Virus record (IMG/VR): IMGVR_UViG_3300025296_000873 | Location: 1 to 34,648 of that record | Reading direction: 5' to 3' (one strand) | Origin: a virus | Lineage: Duplodnaviria > Caudoviricetes | DNA length: 34,648 nucleotides | Notes under the pieces: generated by a model | Database searches by the model: none | What the model was told of the DNA's origin: nothing | Seen by the model: the letters and a program-made list of their open reading frames with translations, nothing else | Made by a program: the position numbers and the translations under genes | Shown here: one piece after another, positions 17,510 to 26,117 of the stretch | How the letters are laid out: each line of letters opens with the position of its first letter | How positions within the stretch are numbered: position 1 is the first letter of the stretch

Positions 17510-18195
17510 GCACCTATATAGAATTATGTCAAGACATGGCGAGGGACGTAGGCATACCCGGAACAGGGCCGTCTACTGTTACGCCAACTCCTGAAGAGGA
17601 AAAGGATATTGTCAGATATATAAAGGATGCTGACCTAGATATACAACGCATGTGGTTTAACTGGGATTTTTTGTGGTCAGAGGCAACACTTACTCCAGTT
17701 GCGGGAGTTTCTACGCTAACGTCTCCAACTGATCTTGCTCAATGGAATACAGATTCTGTTGTTTATAATCCTACTGCTGAAGGTTGGCAACCATTGGCAT
17801 TTGTGCCATGGCTACAATACAGGGAAGATTATAAATACGGCACTGTTGCTACTGGAACACCAGAATTTTTTAGTGTAAAGCCAGATAATGTAATGGATAT
17901 TTATCCAACTCCTGATTCTACGACTGCTCTTACCTCAGAGTATTGGGCAACACCAACTGAATTATCAGCCGCCGCTGATGTATCTGTAATCCCAGTAAGA
18001 TTTCACAGGATAATAATTGCTAGAGCTAAGATTTATTACGCAGAGCAGAATGATGCCTCAGAAGTTTTATCTGGCTCTATTGCGGAGTTTACTGATCTTC
18101 TATTAAAACTGGAATCTGACCAACTTCCGGGCCAAAGGAATAGAAGGTTTTCATTGGTTCAGGATTTAGCTAATTATACGGTGGTTCCTGAATGA
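17506..18195 (+). CDS. Head-tail adaptor (tail tubular protein A-like)
   Basis: 229 aa. TYIELCQ, WFNWDFL, GTPEFF, IYPTPD, IPVRFHRII. Lies before the nozzle gene. Confidence 0.75.
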   Translation: MSTYIELCQDMARDVGIPGTGPSTVTPTPEEEKDIVRYIKDADLDIQRMWFNWDFLWSEATLTPVAGVSTLTSPTDLAQWNTDSVVYNPTAEGWQPLAFVPWLQYREDYKYGTVATGTPEFFSVKPDNVMDIYPTPDSTTALTSEYWATPTELSAAADVSVIPVRFHRIIIARAKIYYAEQNDASEVLSGSIAEFTDLLLKLESDQLPGQRNRRFSLVQDLANYTVVPE

Positions 18196-18713
18196 CTTTA
18201 GCGAGACAACTAGCAAAGACTTCTGTAGCTTCCCAGTATTTTCCATTTTCTGGTGGATTAAATATTATTACTCCGGCTCTCTCTTTAGAGCCGGGAGAAT
18301 GTATTGCCGCTGATAACTTTGAAGTTGATATTCGTGGGCGCTATAGAAGGTTCGATGGATATGAGAGGGATGATGGTACTGGATTACCTTCTGCAATAGT
18401 TTATTACAGAATACCATATACCCTTGGTAGCGCAAAAGATTCTGTTTTTGATAGTGCATACGGTATAGCATTTGATCTTCAGATACCTCGCGTTGGTAGT
18501 ACGGTAAAAGGAGAAACTAGCGGGGCTATAGGTCAGGTTCTAGTTGTAACTGTGGAACAGATAGTTACAGCGGCGGGAGCATTTATAGATAACGATGCTG
18601 AAGGATACATTTACTTTACTGTTACAAGCGGAACGCTTGAGGACGGAGAGACTATATTTTTTCTAAATACAGATAGCGCATTTGGCGCTTCATTCAATGT
18701 GGAGTTTGGCTAA
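18192..18713 (+). CDS. N-terminal part of the tail nozzle/hub (tail tubular protein B / DNA stabilisation protein-like)
   Basis: FSGGLN...PGEC..ADNFE...GRYRRFDGYER is a typical nozzle N-terminus. Carries an incomplete copy of the repeat domain present in 19327..21243. Confidence 0.65.
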   Translation: MTLARQLAKTSVASQYFPFSGGLNIITPALSLEPGECIAADNFEVDIRGRYRRFDGYERDDGTGLPSAIVYYRIPYTLGSAKDSVFDSAYGIAFDLQIPRVGSTVKGETSGAIGQVLVVTVEQIVTAAGAFIDNDAEGYIYFTVTSGTLEDGETIFFLNTDSAFGASFNVEFG

Positions 18714-19327
18714 TGGGAACACCAACAGCTTTAAGAAAAGAAAGATCAGTTTTAACTGGTACTAGTTTTGCAAATAATACTACTGGTGCTATTACAGCCC
18801 AGATGGTTAGGCAGTTCGTGGAATCTGGTATGGGTGGATATGGAACTATAAAATCACCAGCGGGAACACCAGCAAGTCAGGCGGTAGCATCAACAGCAAC
18901 AGCAACTATAGATTGGAATGCTGATTCAGTTGGGGCTAATGGGCCTGATGATACAGGAAGCGTAACGTCTACAACCGTAGGAACAGATGCAGATTTTGCT
19001 AATGATAGGATCAGGATATATGACAAAGGATTCTTCATGGTTAATCTGGGCATTAGTTTCGCACAGACTGGAACAGATACAGTAATATGGACGTTCAGAA
19101 TTGCAACTCAGGCAGACGCAGGTTCTGTGGTATACCCCGGCTATGATTGCGCGGTTCAAAGAGTGGTGGCTACCTTAGAGAATATGGTGTCTGCTTCTGG
19201 AATAATTGATACTACAGGACATACCGACTATACAGATGTCCTTGCCCAAGTTAAGAACGGACATGCAAGTAACTCTGAGAATTTCCAAATGCATTATGGT
19301 CAGTTATCAGTCTTTAGGGTTGGATAA
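18713..19327 (+). CDS. Putative short tail spike/fibre
   Basis: 204 aa. N-terminal anchor-like FANNTTGAITAQMVRQFVES and a C-terminal C1q/TNF-like beta-sandwich pattern (IRIYDKGFFMVNLGISF...QLSVFRVG). Confidence 0.55.
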   Translation: MGTPTALRKERSVLTGTSFANNTTGAITAQMVRQFVESGMGGYGTIKSPAGTPASQAVASTATATIDWNADSVGANGPDDTGSVTSTTVGTDADFANDRIRIYDKGFFMVNLGISFAQTGTDTVIWTFRIATQADAGSVVYPGYDCAVQRVVATLENMVSASGIIDTTGHTDYTDVLAQVKNGHASNSENFQMHYGQLSVFRVG

Positions 19328-21243
19328 TGGGGCTGTATGCAACGTGCCTTGCACATGGGCCTCCAGTTCTAAGGGATGCCACAGCCGATTCTACCCTAGT
19401 TACTGAACTGCAAGAACGTATTGAGGAAAAGAGGGAAACTATAACTGTAGTTCCCGGCGAGGGTAATGTTCTTGGTGTATGGGGATACTTAGGTAATCTC
19501 TATGCTTTCAGGAATAAAACAGGTAATGTTACGGCGGGTATGTATAAGGCCACAACTGCTGGCTGGACAGAGATAGACCTTGGTACAGCCTTGAATTTTG
19601 ATGCCACTACAGGCAATGGTGAAATGGTTATAGGGTCTTTACTCACTGGCGCTGGTGGCGCTCAAGGAACTATAACAGGTCTTACATACTACGGTAACTG
19701 GGATGTTGGTGCGGAAGGGACTGTAGTTCTTTCAGATGTAACAGGAACTTTCGTTACCGATGAAACATTAAGTACTCCAACCATTTCTTTTGATGCTGGT
19801 ACTGTAGAAATTTTGCAAGGAGATACTATAACTGGTTCTACTTCCGGTGAAACTGCTGTAGTAAAGATTATCACTCTTGCGTCTGGAGGCTGGGCTACTG
19901 ACGACGCGGCAGGTTTTCTATCCATAACTGGTAATACTGGTACGTGGACTGATGGTGAATCAATACTAGTTTATGGCGCGGCTAGGGCGGATGTGAACGG
20001 GGTGGCTGAACCATCATCAAAAACCTTAGCGTATGCTTACGGTACTCAATATGCACAAACACTCCAACCCGGAGGTACTTACGATTTTGTTAATTTCAAC
20101 TTCGAGGGTGAAGAGGGAATACAAACTATGTATGGTGCTAATGGAATAGATAATGCGTTTGAATTCGATGGAACTAATTTCACAAAAATAAGAACAGGTA
20201 TATCTTCTGATGACACTCCAAGTTATGTAGAGGCTTACAAGAATCATTTGTTCTTGGGCTATACAAATGGCTCTCTTATTAGTTCTGCGCTTCAATTGCC
20301 AACCATCATGAGCACAACGATGGGTTCCACAGAACTTATAGTTGGAGAAGGCGTTACTGGATTAAATGTTGAATCAAAAGACTCGCTGGCAGTATTCGCA
20401 AGAAACACTACTTACATTTTGTATGGAAAAAGTAGGGATGATTGGAATCTTACGACGTTCTATACTGGTTCTGGTGCGGTTGACGGCACAGTTCAAAAAA
20501 TACATACGACTATATTCCTAGATGATAGGGGATTGACTTCACTGGGTTCGACTCTTAACTACGGTGATTTTAAACAATCCATTATCTCTGAAAAGGTTGA
20601 TCCTTTAATACAGAAATATAAGGCTCGTATTAAGACCGCATTAAGAGTAAGAGAAAAGAATCAATATAGATTGTACTTTGATGATAAGACTGGCATTGCC
20701 ATGACTTTTATTAATGGAAAGAATGAAGGGATACTTCCATTTACTATGCTGGATCAAATTATTTGCGCTTGTTCCACAGAAGATTCTAATGGAGACGAGG
20801 TTTTATATGGTGGATTCGATGACGGTTATGTTAGGAGATTAGACTCTGGAACTTCATATGATGGAGGTTCAGTAGCCGCATTTGTCAGACTTGCTTATTT
20901 TCATTATGGAACACCGCAACTCAAGAAGAGATTCAGAGAGATTCTCCTTGAATTGGCGGCTGATACAAGTACTACACTAAATATATACCCAGACTTTAAC
21001 TATGGGGATGCAACTGTTCCAACGGCAACTGTCTATGATATTACAGTAACCGACGATGAATGGAATGTAGATGATGTGAGTAATCCTAATTTAGGAATAG
21101 CAGTAGTTGATAAAGCTAGGGCGCGAATACAAGGTGTTGGAGAAAACATGGGAATCCTTATTAAAAATACATCTATATACGACAAACCAGTTACGTTGCA
21201 GGGTGCTGTAGTTCAGTATTCCGACAGGGGGTTGAAGCGATGA
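19327..21243 (+). CDS. Main body of the tail nozzle/hub (beta-propeller-like)
   Basis: 638 aa. VPGEGNVLGVWGY, AYKNHLFLG, IFLDDRGL, KNQYRLYF, GFDDGYVRRLDSGTSYDG, KKRFREILLE. Confidence 0.75.
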   Translation: MGLYATCLAHGPPVLRDATADSTLVTELQERIEEKRETITVVPGEGNVLGVWGYLGNLYAFRNKTGNVTAGMYKATTAGWTEIDLGTALNFDATTGNGEMVIGSLLTGAGGAQGTITGLTYYGNWDVGAEGTVVLSDVTGTFVTDETLSTPTISFDAGTVEILQGDTITGSTSGETAVVKIITLASGGWATDDAAGFLSITGNTGTWTDGESILVYGAARADVNGVAEPSSKTLAYAYGTQYAQTLQPGGTYDFVNFNFEGEEGIQTMYGANGIDNAFEFDGTNFTKIRTGISSDDTPSYVEAYKNHLFLGYTNGSLISSALQLPTIMSTTMGSTELIVGEGVTGLNVESKDSLAVFARNTTYILYGKSRDDWNLTTFYTGSGAVDGTVQKIHTTIFLDDRGLTSLGSTLNYGDFKQSIISEKVDPLIQKYKARIKTALRVREKNQYRLYFDDKTGIAMTFINGKNEGILPFTMLDQIICACSTEDSNGDEVLYGGFDDGYVRRLDSGTSYDGGSVAAFVRLAYFHYGTPQLKKRFREILLELAADTSTTLNIYPDFNYGDATVPTATVYDITVTDDEWNVDDVSNPNLGIAVVDKARARIQGVGENMGILIKNTSIYDKPVTLQGAVVQYSDRGLKR

Positions 21244-21258
21244 TGCAGGGGGAATGTA

Positions 21259-22491
21259 ATGGCTAATATCAGTTGGTCGGAATATGTAGATAGATACGCA
21301 GATTTAGGAAACGTATGGAAACAAATTGAGAATAAAACAGCGGGAGATCAGTATGATTACTGGAGTAGTGTCCTTGGGGCTAATCCAACAAAGGAACAGT
21401 TTGGACAATATCACTGGGAAAAAGAAGGGGGGAGCACAGGAACTTACGGTGGTCGAGCACGTTCAATAGCTAGGGATTGGACTCCTACAGATACAAGTAC
21501 TGTTATTACCGTCAATACTAATACAGACCCTACTACTGGGCAGGGAGTAGGGCATGGTGTAACGCCGCCAACTAATACGTATACGTCGCCGGGTACTTAT
21601 CAAGGAGTTGATGATTATGTATCTCCTGACAAGATAGTCACTCCAGATGCAGAGGAAAGGCCAGATTATGCGGGGCCAGCGCACGAGGGCTATAGAGACT
21701 ATGACCCCACTCCTGTAGGAATAACTCTTGCAGAGGTGCAGGATGACGAGTTAGTCGAGAATAGAATAGCTTCTATTATAGACAAGGGAAGTCCTTTATT
21801 TAGACAAGCGGCTGAAGCCATGGCTAGAAGGTTTGGTAATCGTGGGCCTCGAACACAAGAGGCCATGATGGGCGAGATAATGAAAGTTGCTGGCCCAATT
21901 GCAATGGCTGACGCACTCATGCTTGAGCGACATAGAACGCTACGTAATACCGCGTACTATGATCAGATGAAAACAAGGCTTGCAGGTGCTATTCAGGAAA
22001 CTCTATCCCATATTGCTGGGGGTTACCAGATTCAGGCCACCCTTATTAATGACATTACTAATAGGTGGAAGGCTCAGTTAGCGGCTGATGTAACGACCTA
22101 TGGAATTGATGTAGAAGAAGCCACAAAAATATATGGGATTGACGTAGAAGAGGCTTTGAGATCACATGCTATTACTGTAGACGAGGCCGTGAAAATCTAT
22201 GGGATTGACGTAGACCAAGCTACAAAACTTTACGGGACTGACGTAGGATTCCAAAGCGCTAAGTATGTAGCAGATATACAGAAGTTCTTAGGGATAGAAG
22301 GGCTTAAGGTAAAGTTTGCTGAAATATTTGCAAACATTGAAGACAATGCAGAAGCCGCCGCCTTTATCTGGGATATGGTATTTGGGGATAATAATCTTAA
22401 CCCCTCTGAATGGATAAAAAAGTGGAAAGATAAGTATGCCCCTGACGATGATGACGATGACGATGATGATGACGATACTGGTGACGAATGA
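21259..22491 (+). CDS. Putative internal virion / DNA ejection (pilot-like) protein
   Basis: 410 aa. Helical C-terminal half with 11-aa YGID repeats and a poly-Asp tail. First gene after the nozzle. Confidence 0.6.
   Translation: MANISWSEYVDRYADLGNVWKQIENKTAGDQYDYWSSVLGANPTKEQFGQYHWEKEGGSTGTYGGRARSIARDWTPTDTSTVITVNTNTDPTTGQGVGHGVTPPTNTYTSPGTYQGVDDYVSPDKIVTPDAEERPDYAGPAHEGYRDYDPTPVGITLAEVQDDELVENRIASIIDKGSPLFRQAAEAMARRFGNRGPRTQEAMMGEIMKVAGPIAMADALMLERHRTLRNTAYYDQMKTRLAGAIQETLSHIAGGYQIQATLINDITNRWKAQLAADVTTYGIDVEEATKIYGIDVEEALRSHAITVDEAVKIYGIDVDQATKLYGTDVGFQSAKYVADIQKFLGIEGLKVKFAEIFANIEDNAEAAAFIWDMVFGDNNLNPSEWIKKWKDKYAPDDDDDDDDDDDTGDE
22093..22278 (+). repeat. 33-nt / 11-aa tandem repeat (about 6 copies)
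   Basis: TTYGIDVEEA/TKIYGIDVEEA/LRSHAITVDEA/VKIYGIDVDQA/TKLYGTDVGFQ/SAKYVADI. Confidence 0.85.
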
Positions 22492-22510
22492 TGACGATAC
22501 TGGTGGCGAA
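22467..22510 (+). repeat. 22-nt tandem duplication at the end of the GAY (Asp) run
   Basis: TGATGACGATACTGGTGACGAA (22467-22488) followed by TGATGACGATACTGGTGGCGAA (22489-22510), one mismatch. Confidence 0.85.
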
Positions 22511-22515
22511 GGTTA

Positions 22516-22986
22516 ATGATTAGAGTCGCTAAGACCAGTGACATAAAACAAATAATAAAAGTTTGCAAAGAAGCACACCAGTTATCCGTCTCCAAGGACG
22601 TTCCCCTAGACGATAAGATTCTCTGGAAGAATCTCCAAATTTGTATCCTGTCTGCGGAACATCAAGTTAATGTGGTAGATGTAGCTGGATCAGTCGAGGG
22701 TGTCTTCATCGGAGTCACCCATCAATTGTGGTACTCAAGAAAGAAACAGTCTACTGACCTGTTCTTCTATGTCACAGATAAAGGCAGAGGATGGGGCAGT
22801 AGTTTACTCCGTGCTTATATACGGTGGGCAAGAATGAACAAGGGTGTAGCAGAAATTACCCTAGGAATTACGTCTGGTATCGGTGATATGAATAGAACAA
22901 GACAACTATATGAAAGGATGGGTGCGATAAAAATTGGTGACAGTTTTATTTTTCCCCAAGGAGGCATAGATGGGCGGAATAGTTAA
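22516..22986 (+). CDS. GNAT family acetyltransferase
   Basis: MIRVAKTSD start, FFYVTDKGRGWGSSLL (acetyl-CoA motif A), RQLYERMG. Confidence 0.85.
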   Translation: MIRVAKTSDIKQIIKVCKEAHQLSVSKDVPLDDKILWKNLQICILSAEHQVNVVDVAGSVEGVFIGVTHQLWYSRKKQSTDLFFYVTDKGRGWGSSLLRAYIRWARMNKGVAEITLGITSGIGDMNRTRQLYERMGAIKIGDSFIFPQGGIDGRNS

Positions 22987-24274
22987 ATCTATAGGAAAGG
23001 CTATAAAAGGAATAGGGAAAGCACTTAAGAAAATAGCACCCATCTTGCTCGTAGCCGCCGCTATCTATGTCGGCTATGGGTATATGACGGGGTTTCAAGC
23101 TGGAGGCTGGCCTCAGATTACGAACTGGGGTAAATCCTTGGTGACTGGGGTAGGTCAAGGACAGACTATATCTCAAGCGGCGACTGCCGCAACAGACATG
23201 ACCGCTATGGCTGGTGCTCAAACCGCGGCTCTTGGAGCGGCTGAAACTGCAACCCTTGGAGCAGACGCAGTTACTACTGGTCTTGGAGCAGAACAAGCTG
23301 TTACAGCCACCGCTCTCCCCGGATTAGATCAAGCCAGCACTGGAATGATTGGACAGGTAGGAGATGTTTCTTCAACTGTAGCCGACGCAGGTGCTGGGCT
23401 TATAGGGGATGGTATGGGATTGCCCAGTGGCGCACCACCCGGTGGTTGGGCGACTGACTCTATTGCTGAAATCAGCGCTCGTATGCAACCTACTTATCAA
23501 GCGGTTGATGCTGGTTGGAAAGATATGACACAGGGGGTTCTAGATTCCTTATCTTCTCCCGCACAGGCCGCAGGATTTGGCTCTAATACACCCCCATTTT
23601 TACAAGGTTCAACTTTTGATCCTGCGTTAGGTGGTGCAAGCCCTGCGTATCCCGGTCTTGCAGAATCCACTTCATACAGCGCTCCCGGTGGTATAGGCTC
23701 TACCACTAGATTTCCCACTGGAACTGATGTTGCTTCAGTTAACCAAGCCGCCGCTAATCAAGTAATGGGGGGAGTGCCTACAGCCCCTTCACAGGCTACG
23801 GTTCCATATGGTGGGAGAAATCCTTACGGATTCCGTGCTGATCAATACGGGGGGATGTCACATCTTGATCCAGCAGTAAGGAATGATTTTTGGGGTAAGT
23901 TGGCCCAGCTAGGTAGAAAGGGTTGGGAAGCGTATAAAAAGATGTGGGCTGAAAATCCCGGTATGGCTATGTGGACTACGAGCAACGTGCTTAAAACCAT
24001 TCTTGCAATGCTCGATGACACAGACGAGAAATTGGCTCATAGAAGAGCGCACGTTGGAGGCTTTGCTCCCGGCGGTTATGATGCACTTGCGGGACGATAT
24101 CATGGTAACCTTCCCGGTGGACGGGGCGGAGGTGCAGGATACACAGCGCCTCGCGGTAGGTCTAGGCAAATTAAAACTGGCCCTCTACCAGAAGCAAACA
24201 GAGGTAGATCATCAGCAATAGATACGCGACCCACTAGAGAGTATGGCTCTTCTCAACAGGAGATAGTGTCATGA
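22970..24274 (+). CDS. Putative internal virion / ejection protein
   Basis: 434 aa. Amphipathic basic N-terminus (KSIGKAIKGIGKALKK), TM-like segment and Ala/Gly-rich body. AGGAGG SD. Confidence 0.65.
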   Translation: MGGIVKSIGKAIKGIGKALKKIAPILLVAAAIYVGYGYMTGFQAGGWPQITNWGKSLVTGVGQGQTISQAATAATDMTAMAGAQTAALGAAETATLGADAVTTGLGAEQAVTATALPGLDQASTGMIGQVGDVSSTVADAGAGLIGDGMGLPSGAPPGGWATDSIAEISARMQPTYQAVDAGWKDMTQGVLDSLSSPAQAAGFGSNTPPFLQGSTFDPALGGASPAYPGLAESTSYSAPGGIGSTTRFPTGTDVASVNQAAANQVMGGVPTAPSQATVPYGGRNPYGFRADQYGGMSHLDPAVRNDFWGKLAQLGRKGWEAYKKMWAENPGMAMWTTSNVLKTILAMLDDTDEKLAHRRAHVGGFAPGGYDALAGRYHGNLPGGRGGGAGYTAPRGRSRQIKTGPLPEANRGRSSAIDTRPTREYGSSQQEIVS

Positions 24275-24849
24275 TCGGACAAGGACATACAACACCCGCT
24301 ACAGCGGAAGAGAATGAACAAGCGCAGTCCGTAATGTCTAACATTGAGGATTTTGTTTTAGACCCGGAGGTTCAAGAGGCTCTTATACAAAAGATGAGCG
24401 AGGGTGAACCTTCTGAGGCTATTGGGAAGATTGCTGGACAACTTATTCATATGCAGGTTGTGGTTGCTCGTGGTGCTGAAGTTGATATCTCTAGGGATAT
24501 TCTATTAGCAGTCGCGGCTGAAGTTATAAATCTTCTTATAGAAGTAGGCATGGAAGCAGGGATAATTCAGATACAGGACGAGAAACAACTGGAGAAATTA
24601 CAGGGAGATGCCCTGATAGCCGCCGTTGATGCTTACATGACACTTGGCGATGACAAGGTAGACGGGGAAGCCGCCGCCGCATTTGCCGAAGAATCTATAG
24701 GTGGTGGAATGGATTCACCTCAAGCACAACAGGGCATGATAGACAACATGGCATCACCTACGGGTATGCCACCGGGTGGCCCACCCCCCGAAGGCCCACC
24801 ACCTGAAGGCCCACCACAGCAGGGTGGTTTGATAGGAGGCATGGTCTAA
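24271..24849 (+). CDS. Acidic helical hypothetical protein in the ejection cluster
   Basis: 192 aa. ATGA overlap. C-terminal GPPPE repeats. Confidence 0.65.
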   Translation: MIGQGHTTPATAEENEQAQSVMSNIEDFVLDPEVQEALIQKMSEGEPSEAIGKIAGQLIHMQVVVARGAEVDISRDILLAVAAEVINLLIEVGMEAGIIQIQDEKQLEKLQGDALIAAVDAYMTLGDDKVDGEAAAAFAEESIGGGMDSPQAQQGMIDNMASPTGMPPGGPPPEGPPPEGPPQQGGLIGGMV

Positions 24850-26078
24850 TGGCTATAAAAGATGCGATAGCGGCTCTTGACAGTATCGGTAAACAGGGTG
24901 CGACTATATGGGCGGCTGATAATGCCGCCAGAGCCGCCCAAGCAACCAGAGATGCGGCGAGTGCACAATGGGTTGCCGAGCAGAAAATTGATGTTTACAA
25001 AACATTCTATCAGGATGCAAATTCCAAACTAGAAGACCTTAATAAAGAAATTGCCGCTGGAAATTTTGAAATAGATGATCCAGAAAGTTCTCAATTTGCA
25101 TACTGGAAGGATAACTTTAATGCAAGAGGCGAAGCATTTAGAAATTGGGCGCACGCAATTGGTGAACCCACGTATGACTCTGAAACGGACATCATAAAAT
25201 TAGTTGACGCTATCTATGCAGAAACAATTAAGACCACTGATAACCCTAAAAAATACCTGAAGTTTGGAGATATAAAGGGAAAGTGGGGGCAGTTTATTAG
25301 TCGCGCTAGTCCCGGTGTTGACATTGATCTGGTTAAGATTGTATGGGATGACAGGTATTCAAAACTTACCGACACTGAACCCTATTCGATGGAAGAGATT
25401 CCTAAAACTGGTAAGGGGTGGGTATCTGAGATTGCTGGTGCGCCCGTGGATATAGCAACAGCCGCAATAAATTTACCAGCCGACATACTCGCTGGCGCTG
25501 AGATGTGGTGGAAAGGAACAACTGATGTCGAGCCTATCTATCAACTTGAAGACCCCGTTGGTGGTAGAGAGTGGTTGAAAGGAGCCTTTGGTGACCCCAG
25601 AGGAAGCCGCTATGAGGGTAAGAGTTTAAACCCTTTCGCTCGAAGCACTGACCCACAGCCGGGAGATAAAGATGCAACCCTATCTCAATATGAAGAGGCC
25701 GCTCAACGAAGAGAACGAAGAGACAGCGCTAACAATTTACTGGCAAGTATTGGTAATGCATTAGTATCGCCATCCGCCGCCTCTGGGCCATCTGCATATG
25801 ACAGAACAGGACGAGCCGGAGTTATTGCTCGACAAGGCGCTGAACAAATAGACCCATTGATGGGGCCACAAGGACTAATCAGCGGGTTCTTATCCCAAGA
25901 CCCTGAAGAAGACGAGTTGCCTGATATAAGCAGACAGGCTATGCGATTCTTGGAAAGGCTTTCCGCCATGATACAAGAGTACGGCCCAGAAGAAGCCTTT
26001 AAACTAATGAGCGGTCAATTTAAAGATTTGAATAAAGCTGACAAAGCAAAGATAGAAGAGTATTTAGAAAACAGATAA
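24849..26078 (+). CDS. Putative internal virion / ejection protein
   Basis: 409 aa. TAATG overlap and GGAGG SD. Precedes the giant ORF. Confidence 0.6.
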   Translation: MAIKDAIAALDSIGKQGATIWAADNAARAAQATRDAASAQWVAEQKIDVYKTFYQDANSKLEDLNKEIAAGNFEIDDPESSQFAYWKDNFNARGEAFRNWAHAIGEPTYDSETDIIKLVDAIYAETIKTTDNPKKYLKFGDIKGKWGQFISRASPGVDIDLVKIVWDDRYSKLTDTEPYSMEEIPKTGKGWVSEIAGAPVDIATAAINLPADILAGAEMWWKGTTDVEPIYQLEDPVGGREWLKGAFGDPRGSRYEGKSLNPFARSTDPQPGDKDATLSQYEEAAQRRERRDSANNLLASIGNALVSPSAASGPSAYDRTGRAGVIARQGAEQIDPLMGPQGLISGFLSQDPEEDELPDISRQAMRFLERLSAMIQEYGPEEAFKLMSGQFKDLNKADKAKIEEYLENR

Positions 26079-26117
26079 CAGTTTGAAGCCTTTGCCTAAG
26101 ACTGGAGAGAAATAATT

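Noticed and set aside
18706-19331. Inserted gene as an intron or mobile element flanked by 12-nt repeats
   Set aside because: Excising between the repeats leaves the TAA, so the fusion is not restored. The insert looks structural, with no nuclease, transposase or intron features.
22093-22510. CRISPR-like array, tRNA or other RNA gene
   Set aside because: The repeats are coding tandem repeats without spacers. Intergenic gaps in the window are too short for RNA genes.
26-25969. Minus-strand and alternate-frame ORFs nested in larger genes (e.g. 26..208, 3031..3384, 22230..22595)
   Set aside because: They overlap well-supported coupled genes and have no recognisable motifs.
26079-26117. Possible hairpin or terminator before the giant ORF
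   Set aside because: The stem is weak and mismatched, with no U-tract.
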